Part shown: positions 51,521-61,845 of the stretch, one piece after another
How the letters are laid out: each line of letters starts with the position of its first letter
How positions within the stretch are numbered: the first letter of the stretch is position 1
NCBI GenBank assembly: GCA_944381075.1
Contig: CALWJT010000016.1
Coordinates: forward strand, 4,155 to 68,154
Direction of reading: 5' to 3'
Length of the DNA: 64,000 nt
Source of the DNA: an uncultured Clostridia bacterium
GTDB taxonomy: Bacteria > Bacillota > Clostridia > Oscillospirales > CAG-272
The notes under the pieces: generated by a model
What the model saw: the letters and a program-made list of their open reading frames with translations, nothing else
What the model was told of the DNA's origin: nothing
The model's database searches: none
Position numbers and translations under genes: made by a program

Positions 51521-52882
51521 ATGTATGATTTGATCGTGCTGGGAGGCGGTCCCGCCGGCTATAATGCGGCGGAACGCGCGGCCCATGCCGGAATGAAAAC
51601 CTTGCTTTTCGAGGGAAAAGCACTCGGCGGCGTATGCCTCAACGAGGGCTGCGTGCCGACCAAGACGCTGCTTTACAGCGCCAAAATCTATGATTACACA
51701 AAGCACGGCGAGGCCTACGGCGTCACCTGCACCGGCTCCTCCATCGACCATGCCTTCGTCGTGGGACGCAAGGACAAGGTTGTCGGGACGCTCGTCTCCG
51801 GTGTTTCCGGCCGGCTGAAAAAGGCCGGCGTCGAGGTGGTTCCCGCTTTCGGAACCATCACGGGACGCGGCAGCGACGGCTTTGCCGTCACAGCGAACGG
51901 CAGGGAATACAAAGCCTCAAAGCTGCTGATTTGCACAGGCTCTTATGCCTTTGTGCCGCCGGTTCCGGGACTTCGTGAATCCATCGAATCCGGCTTTGCC
52001 ATGACCAACCGTGAGATCCTGGATATGCGCACGCTTCCCCGCTCGCTTGTCGTCATCGGCGGCGGCGTCATCGGCCTTGAGATGGCGTCCTACTTCAACT
52101 CTGTCGGCGTAAAGGTCACAGTGGTCGAAATGCTCGACCACATCGCAGGCCCGACCGACGGCGAGATCTCCAAGATCCTGCTTCGCAGCTATCAGAAAAA
52201 GGGCGTGGAATTTATCCTCGGCGCCAATGTGACCGCGGTCGGAAACGGTACTGTCACCTTTGAAAAGGACGGAAAAACGGAATCCGTACCGGCGGACAAG
52301 GTGCTCGTCTCCATCGGACGCCGCGCGAATACCGCCGGCATCGGCCTTGAATCCATCGGCGTAGAGGTCGAACGCGGCGCTGTCGTCACGGACGAATATT
52401 GCCAGACAAGCGTCCCGGGTGTCTATGCGGCGGGAGACGTCAACGGCAAATCGATGCTTGCCCATACCGCCTACCGCGAGGGCGAGGCCGCGCTTGCCAA
52501 TATGCTCGGCGGACACGAGCGCGTGAATTACCTTTCCATTCCGTCCGTTATCTACACCAATCCCGAGGTTGCCTGCGTCGGCGAAACCTCGGAAAGCGTC
52601 AAAGCCAAGGGACTGGATGCGGTCAGCACTTCCGTCACACTCAAATACAGCGGACGGTACATTGCGGAAAACGAGGGCGGCGACGGCATTGTGAAGCTCG
52701 TCGTCGACAAAACGCATAAGACGCTGCTCGGCGTCCATATGATCGGCAGCTATGCCTCCGAAATCATTTACGGCGCCGCCATGATGGTGGAAAAGCAGAT
52801 GCGCACAGACGACGTGAAAAAGCTCGTTTTTCCGCATCCCACCGTATGCGAGGTCATCCGCGAAGCCATGTTCATGATTTGA
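51521..52882 (+). CDS. lpdA: Dihydrolipoyl dehydrogenase (E3)
   Basis: GGGPAG, GGVCLNEGCVPTK, GGGVIGLE, HPTVCE. Confidence 0.95.
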   Translation: MYDLIVLGGGPAGYNAAERAAHAGMKTLLFEGKALGGVCLNEGCVPTKTLLYSAKIYDYTKHGEAYGVTCTGSSIDHAFVVGRKDKVVGTLVSGVSGRLKKAGVEVVPAFGTITGRGSDGFAVTANGREYKASKLLICTGSYAFVPPVPGLRESIESGFAMTNREILDMRTLPRSLVVIGGGVIGLEMASYFNSVGVKVTVVEMLDHIAGPTDGEISKILLRSYQKKGVEFILGANVTAVGNGTVTFEKDGKTESVPADKVLVSIGRRANTAGIGLESIGVEVERGAVVTDEYCQTSVPGVYAAGDVNGKSMLAHTAYREGEAALANMLGGHERVNYLSIPSVIYTNPEVACVGETSESVKAKGLDAVSTSVTLKYSGRYIAENEGGDGIVKLVVDKTHKTLLGVHMIGSYASEIIYGAAMMVEKQMRTDDVKKLVFPHPTVCEVIREAMFMI

Positions 52883-52966
52883 AATCCCATATAGCGAAAT
52901 GGAAAGCAGGCGGCGGCAGCGTCCTTATCCTTATTCTATTTTTTCTGCCGAGAAAGTGAGTTTACC

Positions 52967-55435
52967 ATGCCGAAAAGTCAATTTGTCGACCCGAAAAAAG
53001 TATTTGAGCCGGGCTACATCCATTTTCACGATATCCCCGTATGCCAGTATAATCTGACGCTCGACGACGAAAAGAAAATTTATTCCAAGAGCGATTTTGT
53101 CCGCATTTACCGCGACATGGCGGTCATCCGGGAATTCGAGACGATGTTAAACGATATCAAAACGAAAAGCGTTTACAACGGCGTCGAATATTCCAATCCC
53201 GGTCCCGCACACCTTTCCATCGGACAGGAGGCCTCCGCCGTCGGCGAAGCGTACTGCCTTGACATCAACGACTATACGTTCGGTTCGCACAGAAGCCACG
53301 GGGAGATCCTTGCCAAGGGACTGTCCGCGATCCATAAGCTCTCCGACAGCGAGCTTTACAACATCATGAAGGAATTTCTTGGCGGTTCCATCCTGAAAGT
53401 GGTGGAGGGCAAGGAGGAGGTCCTTGGCAATGTCAAGGAGCTTGCCATCGACTTTCTGCTCTACGGTGCGCTCGCCGAGGTCTTCGCCAGAACGACCGGC
53501 TTCAACCGCGGGCTTGGCGGCTCCATGCACGCCTTTTTTATCCCGTTCGGTATCTTCCCGAACAACGCCATCGTCGGCGGCTCCGCCGGCATTGCGCTCG
53601 GCGCCGCGCTCTACAAAAAGAGCAACGCCAAAAAGGGCATCGTCGTTGCCAACTGCGGAGACGGCGCGATGGGGCGCGGTCCTGTCCTGGAAGCGCTCAA
53701 CATGTCGGCGATGGACCAGATCCGCGAGCTTTGGGACCGCGACGGCGGTATGCCGATCCTCTTCAATATTTTCAACAATCACTACGGTATGGGCGGACAG
53801 ACCGCCGGAGAAACGATGGGCTGGAAGATGGCGGCGCGCATCGGCGCAGGCGTCAATCCGGAGCAAATGCACGCGGAGCGCGTGAACGGCTATGATCCGC
53901 TCGCGGTCATCGATGCGTTCGCGAGAAAGAAGGAGCTGCTCGTGCGCGGAGAAGGTCCGGCGCTGCTTGAGGTCGTCACCTACCGCGTATCCGGCCACTC
54001 GCCGTCCGACTCCTCCACCTACCGCACGCCGGAGGAGATCGAAGCGTGGAAAGCGGCCGATCCCATCAAGGCGTACCGCGAAAAGCTCATTCTCGGCGGC
54101 ATCGCTTCGGAATCCGAGCTCGATGCCATCCACGATACCATTGTCCGCCGCATGACGAAAATCTGCAAAATGGCCATCGACGAGAATCTTTCCCCGCGTA
54201 TGGATCTCGACAAGAATCCCGACGCCATCGAGTCGCTTATGTTCTCGAACGAGAAAAAGCCGAAGCTCGATGACAGAACGCCTGAAATGCTCATGCCAAA
54301 GGACGAAGTGCCGCGTGTGAAAGACATCGCCGGCAAGGTCCGTTCGGCCTATGACAGCGAGGGCAAGCCTGTCTCCAAGATGAAGCGCTACAACATCTGC
54401 GACGCGCTCTTCGAGCCGATTATCGATAAATTCTACGAGGATCCCACTCTCATCGTCTACGGTGAGGATAACCGCGACTGGGGCGGCGCGTTCGGCGTCT
54501 ACAAGAAGATGACCGAAGCGGTTCCCTACTATCGGTTCTTCAATGCGCCGATCTCCGAGGCGGCCATCGTCGGCTCCGCCGTCGGCTACGCGATGTGCGG
54601 CGGACGTGCGATCGTCGAGCTGATGTACGCCGACTTCATCGGCTGCGCGGGTGACGAGATCTTCAATCAGATCGCGAAATGGCAGTCCATGAGCGCCGGC
54701 ATTCTGAAAATGCCGATCGTGCTGCGCGTTTCCGTCGGCTCCAAGTACGGCGCACAGCACAGCCAGGACTGGACGGCGCTCACCGCGCATATCCCAGGCC
54801 TCAAGGTGGTATTCCCGGCAACGCCGTATGACGCCAAGGGCCTCATGACGGCGGCGCTGAACGGCACCGACCCCGTTATTTTCTTTGAAAGCCAGAGAAT
54901 CTATGACAAGGGCGAGGAATTCCACGAGGGCGGCGTACCCGAGGGAACGTATGAGATCCGCATCGGCGAGCCGGACATCAAAAAGCCCGGCAAGGACATC
55001 ACGATCCTCACCATCGGTGCGGTCCTTTACCGGGCGCTGGAAGCCGCAAAAATTCTTGAAGAGAAGTACGGCATCTCCGCCGAAGTCATCGACGCGCGCT
55101 CGATTGTTCCGTTCGATTATGACAAGGTCATCGAATCGGTCAAAAAGACAGGCAAGATTGTTCTCGTCGGCGACGCGTGTGAACGCGGCTCCGTCATGCG
55201 CGACATGGCCTCCAACATCGCGGAGTTCGCGTTCGACTACCTCGACGCGCCGCCGGTCGTTGTCGCCTCCCGCAACTGGATCACCCCCGCTCATGAGCTG
55301 GAGAAATACTTCTTCCCGCAGGCGGACACGATCATCGACGCCATTCACGAGAAAATCATGCCGATCGCAGGCTATATCCCGACACATAACTTCACCACCA
55401 TCGAAAAGATGCGCCGCTCCAAGGAAGGCGTATAA
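52967..55435 (+). CDS. Fused E1 alpha/beta ThDP-dependent dehydrogenase
   Basis: HLSIGQEA, SHRSHG, GGSMH, GDG...NN, TYR..GHS, PISEAAI, GAQHSQ. Confidence 0.92.
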   Translation: MPKSQFVDPKKVFEPGYIHFHDIPVCQYNLTLDDEKKIYSKSDFVRIYRDMAVIREFETMLNDIKTKSVYNGVEYSNPGPAHLSIGQEASAVGEAYCLDINDYTFGSHRSHGEILAKGLSAIHKLSDSELYNIMKEFLGGSILKVVEGKEEVLGNVKELAIDFLLYGALAEVFARTTGFNRGLGGSMHAFFIPFGIFPNNAIVGGSAGIALGAALYKKSNAKKGIVVANCGDGAMGRGPVLEALNMSAMDQIRELWDRDGGMPILFNIFNNHYGMGGQTAGETMGWKMAARIGAGVNPEQMHAERVNGYDPLAVIDAFARKKELLVRGEGPALLEVVTYRVSGHSPSDSSTYRTPEEIEAWKAADPIKAYREKLILGGIASESELDAIHDTIVRRMTKICKMAIDENLSPRMDLDKNPDAIESLMFSNEKKPKLDDRTPEMLMPKDEVPRVKDIAGKVRSAYDSEGKPVSKMKRYNICDALFEPIIDKFYEDPTLIVYGEDNRDWGGAFGVYKKMTEAVPYYRFFNAPISEAAIVGSAVGYAMCGGRAIVELMYADFIGCAGDEIFNQIAKWQSMSAGILKMPIVLRVSVGSKYGAQHSQDWTALTAHIPGLKVVFPATPYDAKGLMTAALNGTDPVIFFESQRIYDKGEEFHEGGVPEGTYEIRIGEPDIKKPGKDITILTIGAVLYRALEAAKILEEKYGISAEVIDARSIVPFDYDKVIESVKKTGKIVLVGDACERGSVMRDMASNIAEFAFDYLDAPPVVVASRNWITPAHELEKYFFPQADTIIDAIHEKIMPIAGYIPTHNFTTIEKMRRSKEGV

Positions 55436-55445
55436 GCAAAGCAGA

Positions 55446-55482
55446 AATCCGGTATCCGAAATGATTCGGATACCGGATTTTT
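55446..55482 (+). terminator. Intrinsic terminator
   Basis: aaatccggtatccgaa-atga-ttcggataccggatttt. Confidence 0.85.
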
Positions 55483-56263
55483 ATCGCTTGCAGCGGGTCT
55501 CTTTCCGTTTTTATCCCGTATCAATCTTGAGATTTCCAGAGTTATGTCCCACATAGAGATTGATTAAGCCCCTCCCATGTTTTCCGGAGAAACTGCCGCA
55601 GAGCAATACAACCACGCTCTCTGGCCGCATGGGAGCAGAAGGTCAAGGAAGAGAGAGAAGACAAAGCCGCCGGAGCGGGAAAGCGAACGCAAACGCCTGT
55701 GTCAGCTTTAAACAGAGAGGAAACAGCAGAATCAGATGCATCGGGGAAATACAAGTCTCTGGCGAGGACCGCCTGACAAAAAACGCCGATGCGGTAATCC
55801 TTTGGCAGCAAATATATTGCCAAAAGATGTTTCAGAGATTCGATTCGTTTATAATTATCGTTTCTTCCGTTACCGCCGGCTGGTTATTCTCAGTACTGTG
55901 ATAGAGGTTCGGAATGCGAAAGAAGATAGCAACAAAATGTTTACAGAGCAATTACCGCGATTATAATGGCAAGGATCTTCCCGATACGGCGCGAGCGGCC
56001 GTCTTTATTGCAAGCTGCTCATCGATTCCGGATAGCTGCTCTGCGATATCCCTGACAGTATTTTCAATTTTTTCCCTAACATTTCGATGACAGATACTTC
56101 CAATATTTCAGCCCGAATTCAAACATCCGCATCAGAGGAACGGATATATTTTTCCCGTTTGGAGATCGTCTGCCCGACCACATAAAGTCTCTGCGGATTC
56201 TTCCTGCGGCAGGCCTTTTTCTTTCTCAGAGCTTTTAGAGCTTCACCGAACAACGCATAAGCC

Positions 56264-56947
56264 TTACCGCGTGAGCCCTTTCTCCAGAAGCGCGCGTCCC
56301 ACGCCGCGCGAGGCCCTTGCCTCCGCAAGCAGCGCGCGGTAAAACGCGCCGGCAGCAGATTTGCGCGAATAGGCGATCTCCTCCCCGCGGCGTGTATAGA
56401 AACGGGTATAAATGCCCTCCAGCTTGCGGTGATATTCCTCGAAAAAGGACGGCGGCGCATCCTCCAGGCCTTCCAGGACCGTTCCGTCCGGCAGAAGCGA
56501 ATACAGCGGCTCTTCCTTCTCTTCCCCTTTGTACATCAGGGTACGCGCAATGCCAAATGCTCCGGCGGTATCCACCTTGTCAGCGTCGAACAGGATCTTG
56601 GCCTCGATGCTCTCCGGCGCCGCTCCCGCGCGGAAGCGATGCGTCCGGATGCAGTCTCTCACATGGGCGGCAAAGTCCTCCCCAAACCCCTCTGCCATCA
56701 AAAAGCGGTACGCTTTTTCCGCACCGGCGGCAGCATGGCATACGGAGGGGTCCTTTTTCTGTTCCGCACGCCCGATATCATGAAGCAGGCACGCCGCAAT
56801 CAGAACGTCTATGTCGACCGCCTCCTCCGTTTCGGCGATCTCCATCGCTACAAACAGCACCCGCAGGCTATGTTCTGCATCGTGCGCGCCGCCGGACGCG
56901 CAAAGACGCAGAAAAGCTTCTATTTTTTCATAATTTTCCTTAGTCAT
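56264..56947 (-). CDS. HD-domain phosphohydrolase
   Basis: HDAEHSLRV, LLHDIGR, THRFR, LFDADK. Confidence 0.9.
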   Translation of the reverse strand: MTKENYEKIEAFLRLCASGGAHDAEHSLRVLFVAMEIAETEEAVDIDVLIAACLLHDIGRAEQKKDPSVCHAAAGAEKAYRFLMAEGFGEDFAAHVRDCIRTHRFRAGAAPESIEAKILFDADKVDTAGAFGIARTLMYKGEEKEEPLYSLLPDGTVLEGLEDAPPSFFEEYHRKLEGIYTRFYTRRGEEIAYSRKSAAGAFYRALLAEARASRGVGRALLEKGLTR

Positions 56948-57201
56948 GATTCCCCTCCCTGATTGTTTTTTCCAGTATATCACAAAGGCGGACAAAGAGC
57001 AAGCGAAACCGTTCCTGCTCCCTTTGTAAAAACGGTTTACGATACCTTTTCGTTATGGTAAATCATTGCATACAAATATTTGACATATCCCGTTTTTCTT
57101 TGTATAATAATATCGTATCAAGCAAAAAGCGGCAAAGATTCCTTTATATAAAAATTTTATCTGCCCGATATAGATACCGCAAGCAGCAGGAGGGGATAAC
57201 A

Positions 57202-58068
57202 ATGAGAGAACAAATACGAAATAAGCAGTATGGCACGGAACGCGCCCTATACCACTTGACCGGCGCCGATGTTACGGACTGTATTTTTGCAGGGCCGGAA
57301 GACGGCGAGTCTGTTCTGAAGGAGTGCAGCGACATCACGGTCACCGGATGCTCCTTTTCTCTGCGCTATCCGCTGTGGCACGCGGACGGCTTTACGCTTG
57401 CCGACAGCTTCATGGACGAGGGGACCCGCGCCCCGCTCTGGTATGCAAGGCATGGAACGATCTCCGGCTGCGGCATCGACGGCATCAAAACGCTTCGCGA
57501 ATGCGAGGACATCCGCCTTACGCGGTGCATGATCCACTCGCCGGAATTCGGCTGGCGCTGCCGCGGGCTCCAAATCGAAAAATCCGCAGTCGATTCGGAA
57601 TATTTTCTCTTGGAAAGCCGCGATATCCGGATCGACCGGCTTCGCATGACAGGCAAGTATTCCTTTCAATATACGGAGAACATGACGATCGAAAACAGTC
57701 TGCTCGACACCAAGGACGCCTTTTGGCACTGCAAGAACGTAACGGTGAAGAACTCCGTCGTTCGCGGCGAATATCTCGGCTGGTATTCGGAGGGGCTCAC
57801 GCTCATCAACTGTGAAATCATCGGGACCCAGCCGCTCTGCTACTGTAAGGGCTTAAAGCTGATTCACTGTACGATGCACGGCTGCGACCTGTCTTTTGAA
57901 TACTCAGAGGTGGAAGCGGATATCGAGGGGTCCATCGATTCTGTCAAAAACCCGAAGGCCGGGATCATCGCGGCGGACGCCATAGGCGAAATCATCCGCG
58001 AGGACGCCGTCATGGACTGCCATGCACAAATCATCATCCGAGAACCGGTCCGCGTTTCCCCCGCTTAA
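57202..58068 (+). CDS. DUF3737 family protein (beta-helix)
   Basis: GTERALY, DGESVLKEC, RYPLWH, TKDAFW, GEYLGWYS, TQPLCY, SVKNP. Confidence 0.85.
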   Translation: MREQIRNKQYGTERALYHLTGADVTDCIFAGPEDGESVLKECSDITVTGCSFSLRYPLWHADGFTLADSFMDEGTRAPLWYARHGTISGCGIDGIKTLRECEDIRLTRCMIHSPEFGWRCRGLQIEKSAVDSEYFLLESRDIRIDRLRMTGKYSFQYTENMTIENSLLDTKDAFWHCKNVTVKNSVVRGEYLGWYSEGLTLINCEIIGTQPLCYCKGLKLIHCTMHGCDLSFEYSEVEADIEGSIDSVKNPKAGIIAADAIGEIIREDAVMDCHAQIIIREPVRVSPA

Positions 58069-58110
58069 AAGAGAAACAGAGCAGCGGCGATCCTCCATTA
58101 CAGAATTATA

Positions 58111-58153
58111 AAAGCAAGGCAGTCCCGCCTTCGGGCGGGGCTGCCTTGCTTTT
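58111..58153. terminator. Bidirectional terminator between convergent genes
   Basis: aaagcaaggcagtcccgcc-ttcg-ggcggggctgccttgctttt. Confidence 0.85.
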
Positions 58154-59429
58154 AATTTTTCTTGCCAGCGTCGGCATCCTTTTTCTTTCTTAAATACTTG
58201 TCGATCTTCTCGACCATATTGTCGGGCATTTTCCTTTCTATCGGGAAAAATACGGCGTTGACAAAGCGGTCGGACAAAGCCGCGATGAATCTTGCCGTGC
58301 GCTCCATCGACTGCGCCGTCACCGTTTCGATCACATCGTAGCGGCAATGGATCTGAGCGGTGCCGGGCACCGCGTTGCGCATGAAGTTGATGCCAGGGAT
58401 CCCTTTGTCGGCAAACGGAATCGAGTCTGAGGAATAGATGTCCTGCCGAACGTTCATCGGATATCCGATCTCCTTATAAAAATAGGTGATGGCATGGCAC
58501 AGCGCCTCCTCGCCGGTCACGCGCGCCTCATCGCGGCCGAGCAGCGGACCTGTCATATCCACATTGATGCAAAGCCGGATCTTATCCAGCAGGTCTTCGT
58601 GGGCCGCCACATACGCCTTGCTGCCGAGAAGTCCGCGCTCCTCCGAGCCGCAGAAGAGAAAACGAACCGTGCGCTTCGGCGGATTTTCCTTGTAGTAGCG
58701 CAGCAGCTCCAGAATGGTCGCCGTTCCGGACGCATTGTCGAACATACCGGGGCTGAATACGACCGAATCATAGTGAGCCGTGTAAAGGATAACCTCATCC
58801 GGGAATTCCGTGCCGGGGATTTCCGCCACAATATTCTGGGAATCCGCCTCGCCCTCCTCCTGGGCAAGCGTAAGACGGACCCTTTTCGGCTTGGAGGCCA
58901 CAAGCGCCAGCGCATCCGTCATGCGCATGCACACGCCGGGGATCTGCCCTTTTTCAATGTGCATCGGACGGAGCATACGCTCGGCAAAATCCAGCGATTC
59001 CTTCGTTTCACGGAAGGTGCCGGACGACGAAATGAATCCGACAACGCCCGCATCGATCAGCTTCGCAAATCCGTCCGCGCCGACGCCTCCCGCAATGAAT
59101 ACAATCTTTCCCCTTACGCCGACAAGGTCGATAGGCTCAAGCGCCTCCAGATATGCAAACTCCGCTTCGAGCCCCTCCGCCGCAGCGTTGCCGGAGAAGC
59201 CGTAGCCAGACACCTCATACTCCTTGTATTCCGGCTCTGTCACCTCGAGCTTTGCCTTGAGGATCTTATATCTCGGCGCCTTGAAGGTCTCCACCGTCGG
59301 CACGGCGCCGGCCTCCTCGATCTCCTTTGCCAAAATATCCGCTGCCTTTTTCTCTCCTTCAAAGGTAGAGAGCCGGACGAAATTCAGTTTTTCCAGCAGT
59401 TCATACATTCTTTTTCCGCTGATTTCCAT
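58152..59429 (-). CDS. M28-family aminopeptidase with PA domain
   Basis: AHYDS, GMFDNASG, GSEERGLLGS, NVDM, H near the C-terminus. Confidence 0.9.
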   Translation of the reverse strand: MEISGKRMYELLEKLNFVRLSTFEGEKKAADILAKEIEEAGAVPTVETFKAPRYKILKAKLEVTEPEYKEYEVSGYGFSGNAAAEGLEAEFAYLEALEPIDLVGVRGKIVFIAGGVGADGFAKLIDAGVVGFISSSGTFRETKESLDFAERMLRPMHIEKGQIPGVCMRMTDALALVASKPKRVRLTLAQEEGEADSQNIVAEIPGTEFPDEVILYTAHYDSVVFSPGMFDNASGTATILELLRYYKENPPKRTVRFLFCGSEERGLLGSKAYVAAHEDLLDKIRLCINVDMTGPLLGRDEARVTGEEALCHAITYFYKEIGYPMNVRQDIYSSDSIPFADKGIPGINFMRNAVPGTAQIHCRYDVIETVTAQSMERTARFIAALSDRFVNAVFFPIERKMPDNMVEKIDKYLRKKKDADAGKKN

Positions 59430-59533
59430 CGATATATCCTCCTTATTTTATCGCCCCGTGCAGAAAAAATCCTGCATAGGAAAACGGCGTAAAAATCTCA
59501 AATCCGTTTGAGATTGAATACGCCGTATATGAC

Positions 59534-59767
59534 TTATGCCTTTTTCTCCTCGATATAAGCGGCGACATCGCCGACCGTAATCAGCTTATGGATGTCGTCC
59601 TCCTCGATATCGACGCCGAATTCCTCGTCGCAGCGAAGCGCCAGCTCCGCAAGCTCAAGAGAATTGATGCCAAGGTCTGCCTCCAGTCTTGAATCTGTCA
59701 TGATGATGTCGGGGTCAAGCCCAAAGCTTTCTGCGAGCATGCCCTTGATTTGTTCCAGCATTTCCAT
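59534..59767 (-). CDS. Acyl carrier protein
   Basis: DLGINSLELAEL; small acidic protein ending TVGDVAAYI. Confidence 0.85.
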   Translation of the reverse strand: MEMLEQIKGMLAESFGLDPDIIMTDSRLEADLGINSLELAELALRCDEEFGVDIEEDDIHKLITVGDVAAYIEEKKA

Positions 59768-59821
59768 ACACTCCTCTCACGCCGCACGGCGTTCCATGGT
59801 TTCTCCCGCCCTGCGGGATTT

Positions 59822-61519
59822 TTATTTGAGCTTATAGCGGATGATCTTGCGCGACGTGGTTTTCTCAAACTCCGTGTCCCGAATCTCCACACACTTAATA
59901 TGCTTGAACGTCGGAAGCTTTTTGTTGACCTCGTCGACCTCAGCTTCGATCGCCGCTTGGATCTCTTCCTTCGTTTTGCCTTCAAATTTGTCGTAGTTCG
60001 GATAAACCAGCGCCGTAATCACCACATCGTTCCCGTCGCCGCTCTTTCTGCCGAGGACGACGCATTCCGAAATGAGATCGCACGCGCTGAGATACTCCTC
60101 GATCTCCTCCGGAAATACGTTCTTCCCGTTGCTCGCGATGATGACGTTTTTCTTTCTTCCTGTTATAAATATGAAGTTATCCTCGTCGATATACCCGATG
60201 TCCCCCGTCTTGAACCAGCCGTCCTCTGTGAACGCCTCCGCCGTCGCCACGGGATTCTTGTAATATCCCAGCATCACCGCGTCTCCGTGCGTCACGATCT
60301 CTCCGGTCTCGTCCTGCGGATCCTCCTTTTCGATGCGGACCTCCATATGCGGGACCTTCAGTCCCACCGAATGATATTTTCTCCAGTGCATCGGATTGGC
60401 GGAGATCAGCGGCGCGCATTCCGTAATGCCGTAGCCCTCGCAGATCTTGATGCCAAACGCATCGAAGTCCGCCATCACCTCGGTGCGCAGCGGCGCGCCG
60501 CCGCATACGATATAGTCGAGCCTGCCGCCGAATGCGTCGATGATCTCATGGAACATCGCGCGGCGGACCGCCCTTGGCAGCTTCCTTGCGACTGGGAGCA
60601 GCTTTCGGATCAGTCCCGCCTTGCCCTTTTTCTCGATCTCCGCCCAAATCTTTTTGTGCATCGTCTCCACATAAAGCGGGACCAGGACAAGCGCCGTCGG
60701 CTTGTAGTGCGCAAAATTGCGAAGCGTATTTTTGATCGAATCGTTGATGAACGTCTGTGCGCCCGTATTCGGCAGCGCAAGCTGTTCACAGGTAAACTCA
60801 TAGGAATGGTGGATCGGCAGCACCGATACGAAAAAGTCCTTCTCCGTCGCCGCCATGATAGAAACGGAGTCCATCGTGGCTGTTACCAGATTGCGCTGGT
60901 TGAGCATGACGCCCTTGCTCGTGCCTGTCGTGCCGGAGGTAAAGAGGATGGTGCAGAGCTTTTCCTTGTCTACGATCTGATTTTCCGCCGTTCTGTCGCC
61001 AGCCTCATAGGCTTCTTTTCCAATCTCAAAGAACTTCTCGAACGTCATGAAGCGTTCATCCTTCGGGAAGCCTTCCCCGTCGCAGTCGATACCTACAAAA
61101 TATTTTACATCCCCAAGCCGTTCATAGACTTCAAGCATTTTTTTCTGGAGAGAGCTGGTATATACAATAAGCTCGATACCGCACATCTCCACAAATCCGA
61201 CGAACTGTTCAGCGGAAATGTCCTTATCCAGCGGAACAATGACCCCTCCGCAGGCCACCGTCGCTATGTAGGAAGCGACATAGTCCGGATGCGTATCGCC
61301 TGTCACGCCGACAAACTTTCCCGCCACACCGAGGCGCGTCATCGCGGAGCTGATAGAATTGACATGCGTGAGCATATCGCGAAAGGTAAAATGGCGTTCT
61401 TCCTTGCCGACCTTATAAATATAACGGTCACGGTCGCCATAGCGCTGCGCCTGCTTGACGACCCCGTCATAGAGATCGTCAAACTCATAGATCATATGAG
61501 TGGGCTGACCTTTTTTCAA
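59822..61519 (-). CDS. Long-chain fatty acid--CoA/ACP ligase (AMP-binding)
   Basis: FTSGTTGTSKG, GYGITE, FKTGDIG, GRKKN; exact start uncertain. Confidence 0.9.
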   Translation of the reverse strand: MKKGQPTHMIYEFDDLYDGVVKQAQRYGDRDRYIYKVGKEERHFTFRDMLTHVNSISSAMTRLGVAGKFVGVTGDTHPDYVASYIATVACGGVIVPLDKDISAEQFVGFVEMCGIELIVYTSSLQKKMLEVYERLGDVKYFVGIDCDGEGFPKDERFMTFEKFFEIGKEAYEAGDRTAENQIVDKEKLCTILFTSGTTGTSKGVMLNQRNLVTATMDSVSIMAATEKDFFVSVLPIHHSYEFTCEQLALPNTGAQTFINDSIKNTLRNFAHYKPTALVLVPLYVETMHKKIWAEIEKKGKAGLIRKLLPVARKLPRAVRRAMFHEIIDAFGGRLDYIVCGGAPLRTEVMADFDAFGIKICEGYGITECAPLISANPMHWRKYHSVGLKVPHMEVRIEKEDPQDETGEIVTHGDAVMLGYYKNPVATAEAFTEDGWFKTGDIGYIDEDNFIFITGRKKNVIIASNGKNVFPEEIEEYLSACDLISECVVLGRKSGDGNDVVITALVYPNYDKFEGKTKEEIQAAIEAEVDEVNKKLPTFKHIKCVEIRDTEFEKTTSRKIIRYKLK

Positions 61520-61783
61520 GACAAAACCTTCTTTCCTTTAGACTTGGAATCGCCAAACCAGCAAAAACGCTGTAAAAATACAACAAAATTATTATAGTAA
61601 AAAAGCATCCGTTTGTCAAGAGATTTTCAGATGTTCCCTTCTGAACGTCCGCGATTCCCGCGGCATCTTCAAAAGAAAGTAACGAACAAGGCGCGGCAAA
61701 CGGGACAGCTCCCTCCCGATTTCGGCAAGATTTTCCTCTGGAAGCCGGTTTCTCTGCTGTCACTGGGAAATTTTTCGTTTCCA

Positions 61784-61811
61784 CACCAACGAGCACCGGT
61801 CCGCATATGCT
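61784..61811 (+). promoter_or_regulatory. Possible sigma-K (late mother cell) promoter
   Basis: CACC-16 bp-CATATGCT matches mACm-16-CATAnnnT, upstream of the GT2/collagen pair. Confidence 0.4.
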
Positions 61812-61845
61812 GATACTACAAAAAGGAAACTTGGAGGTTGAAAAA

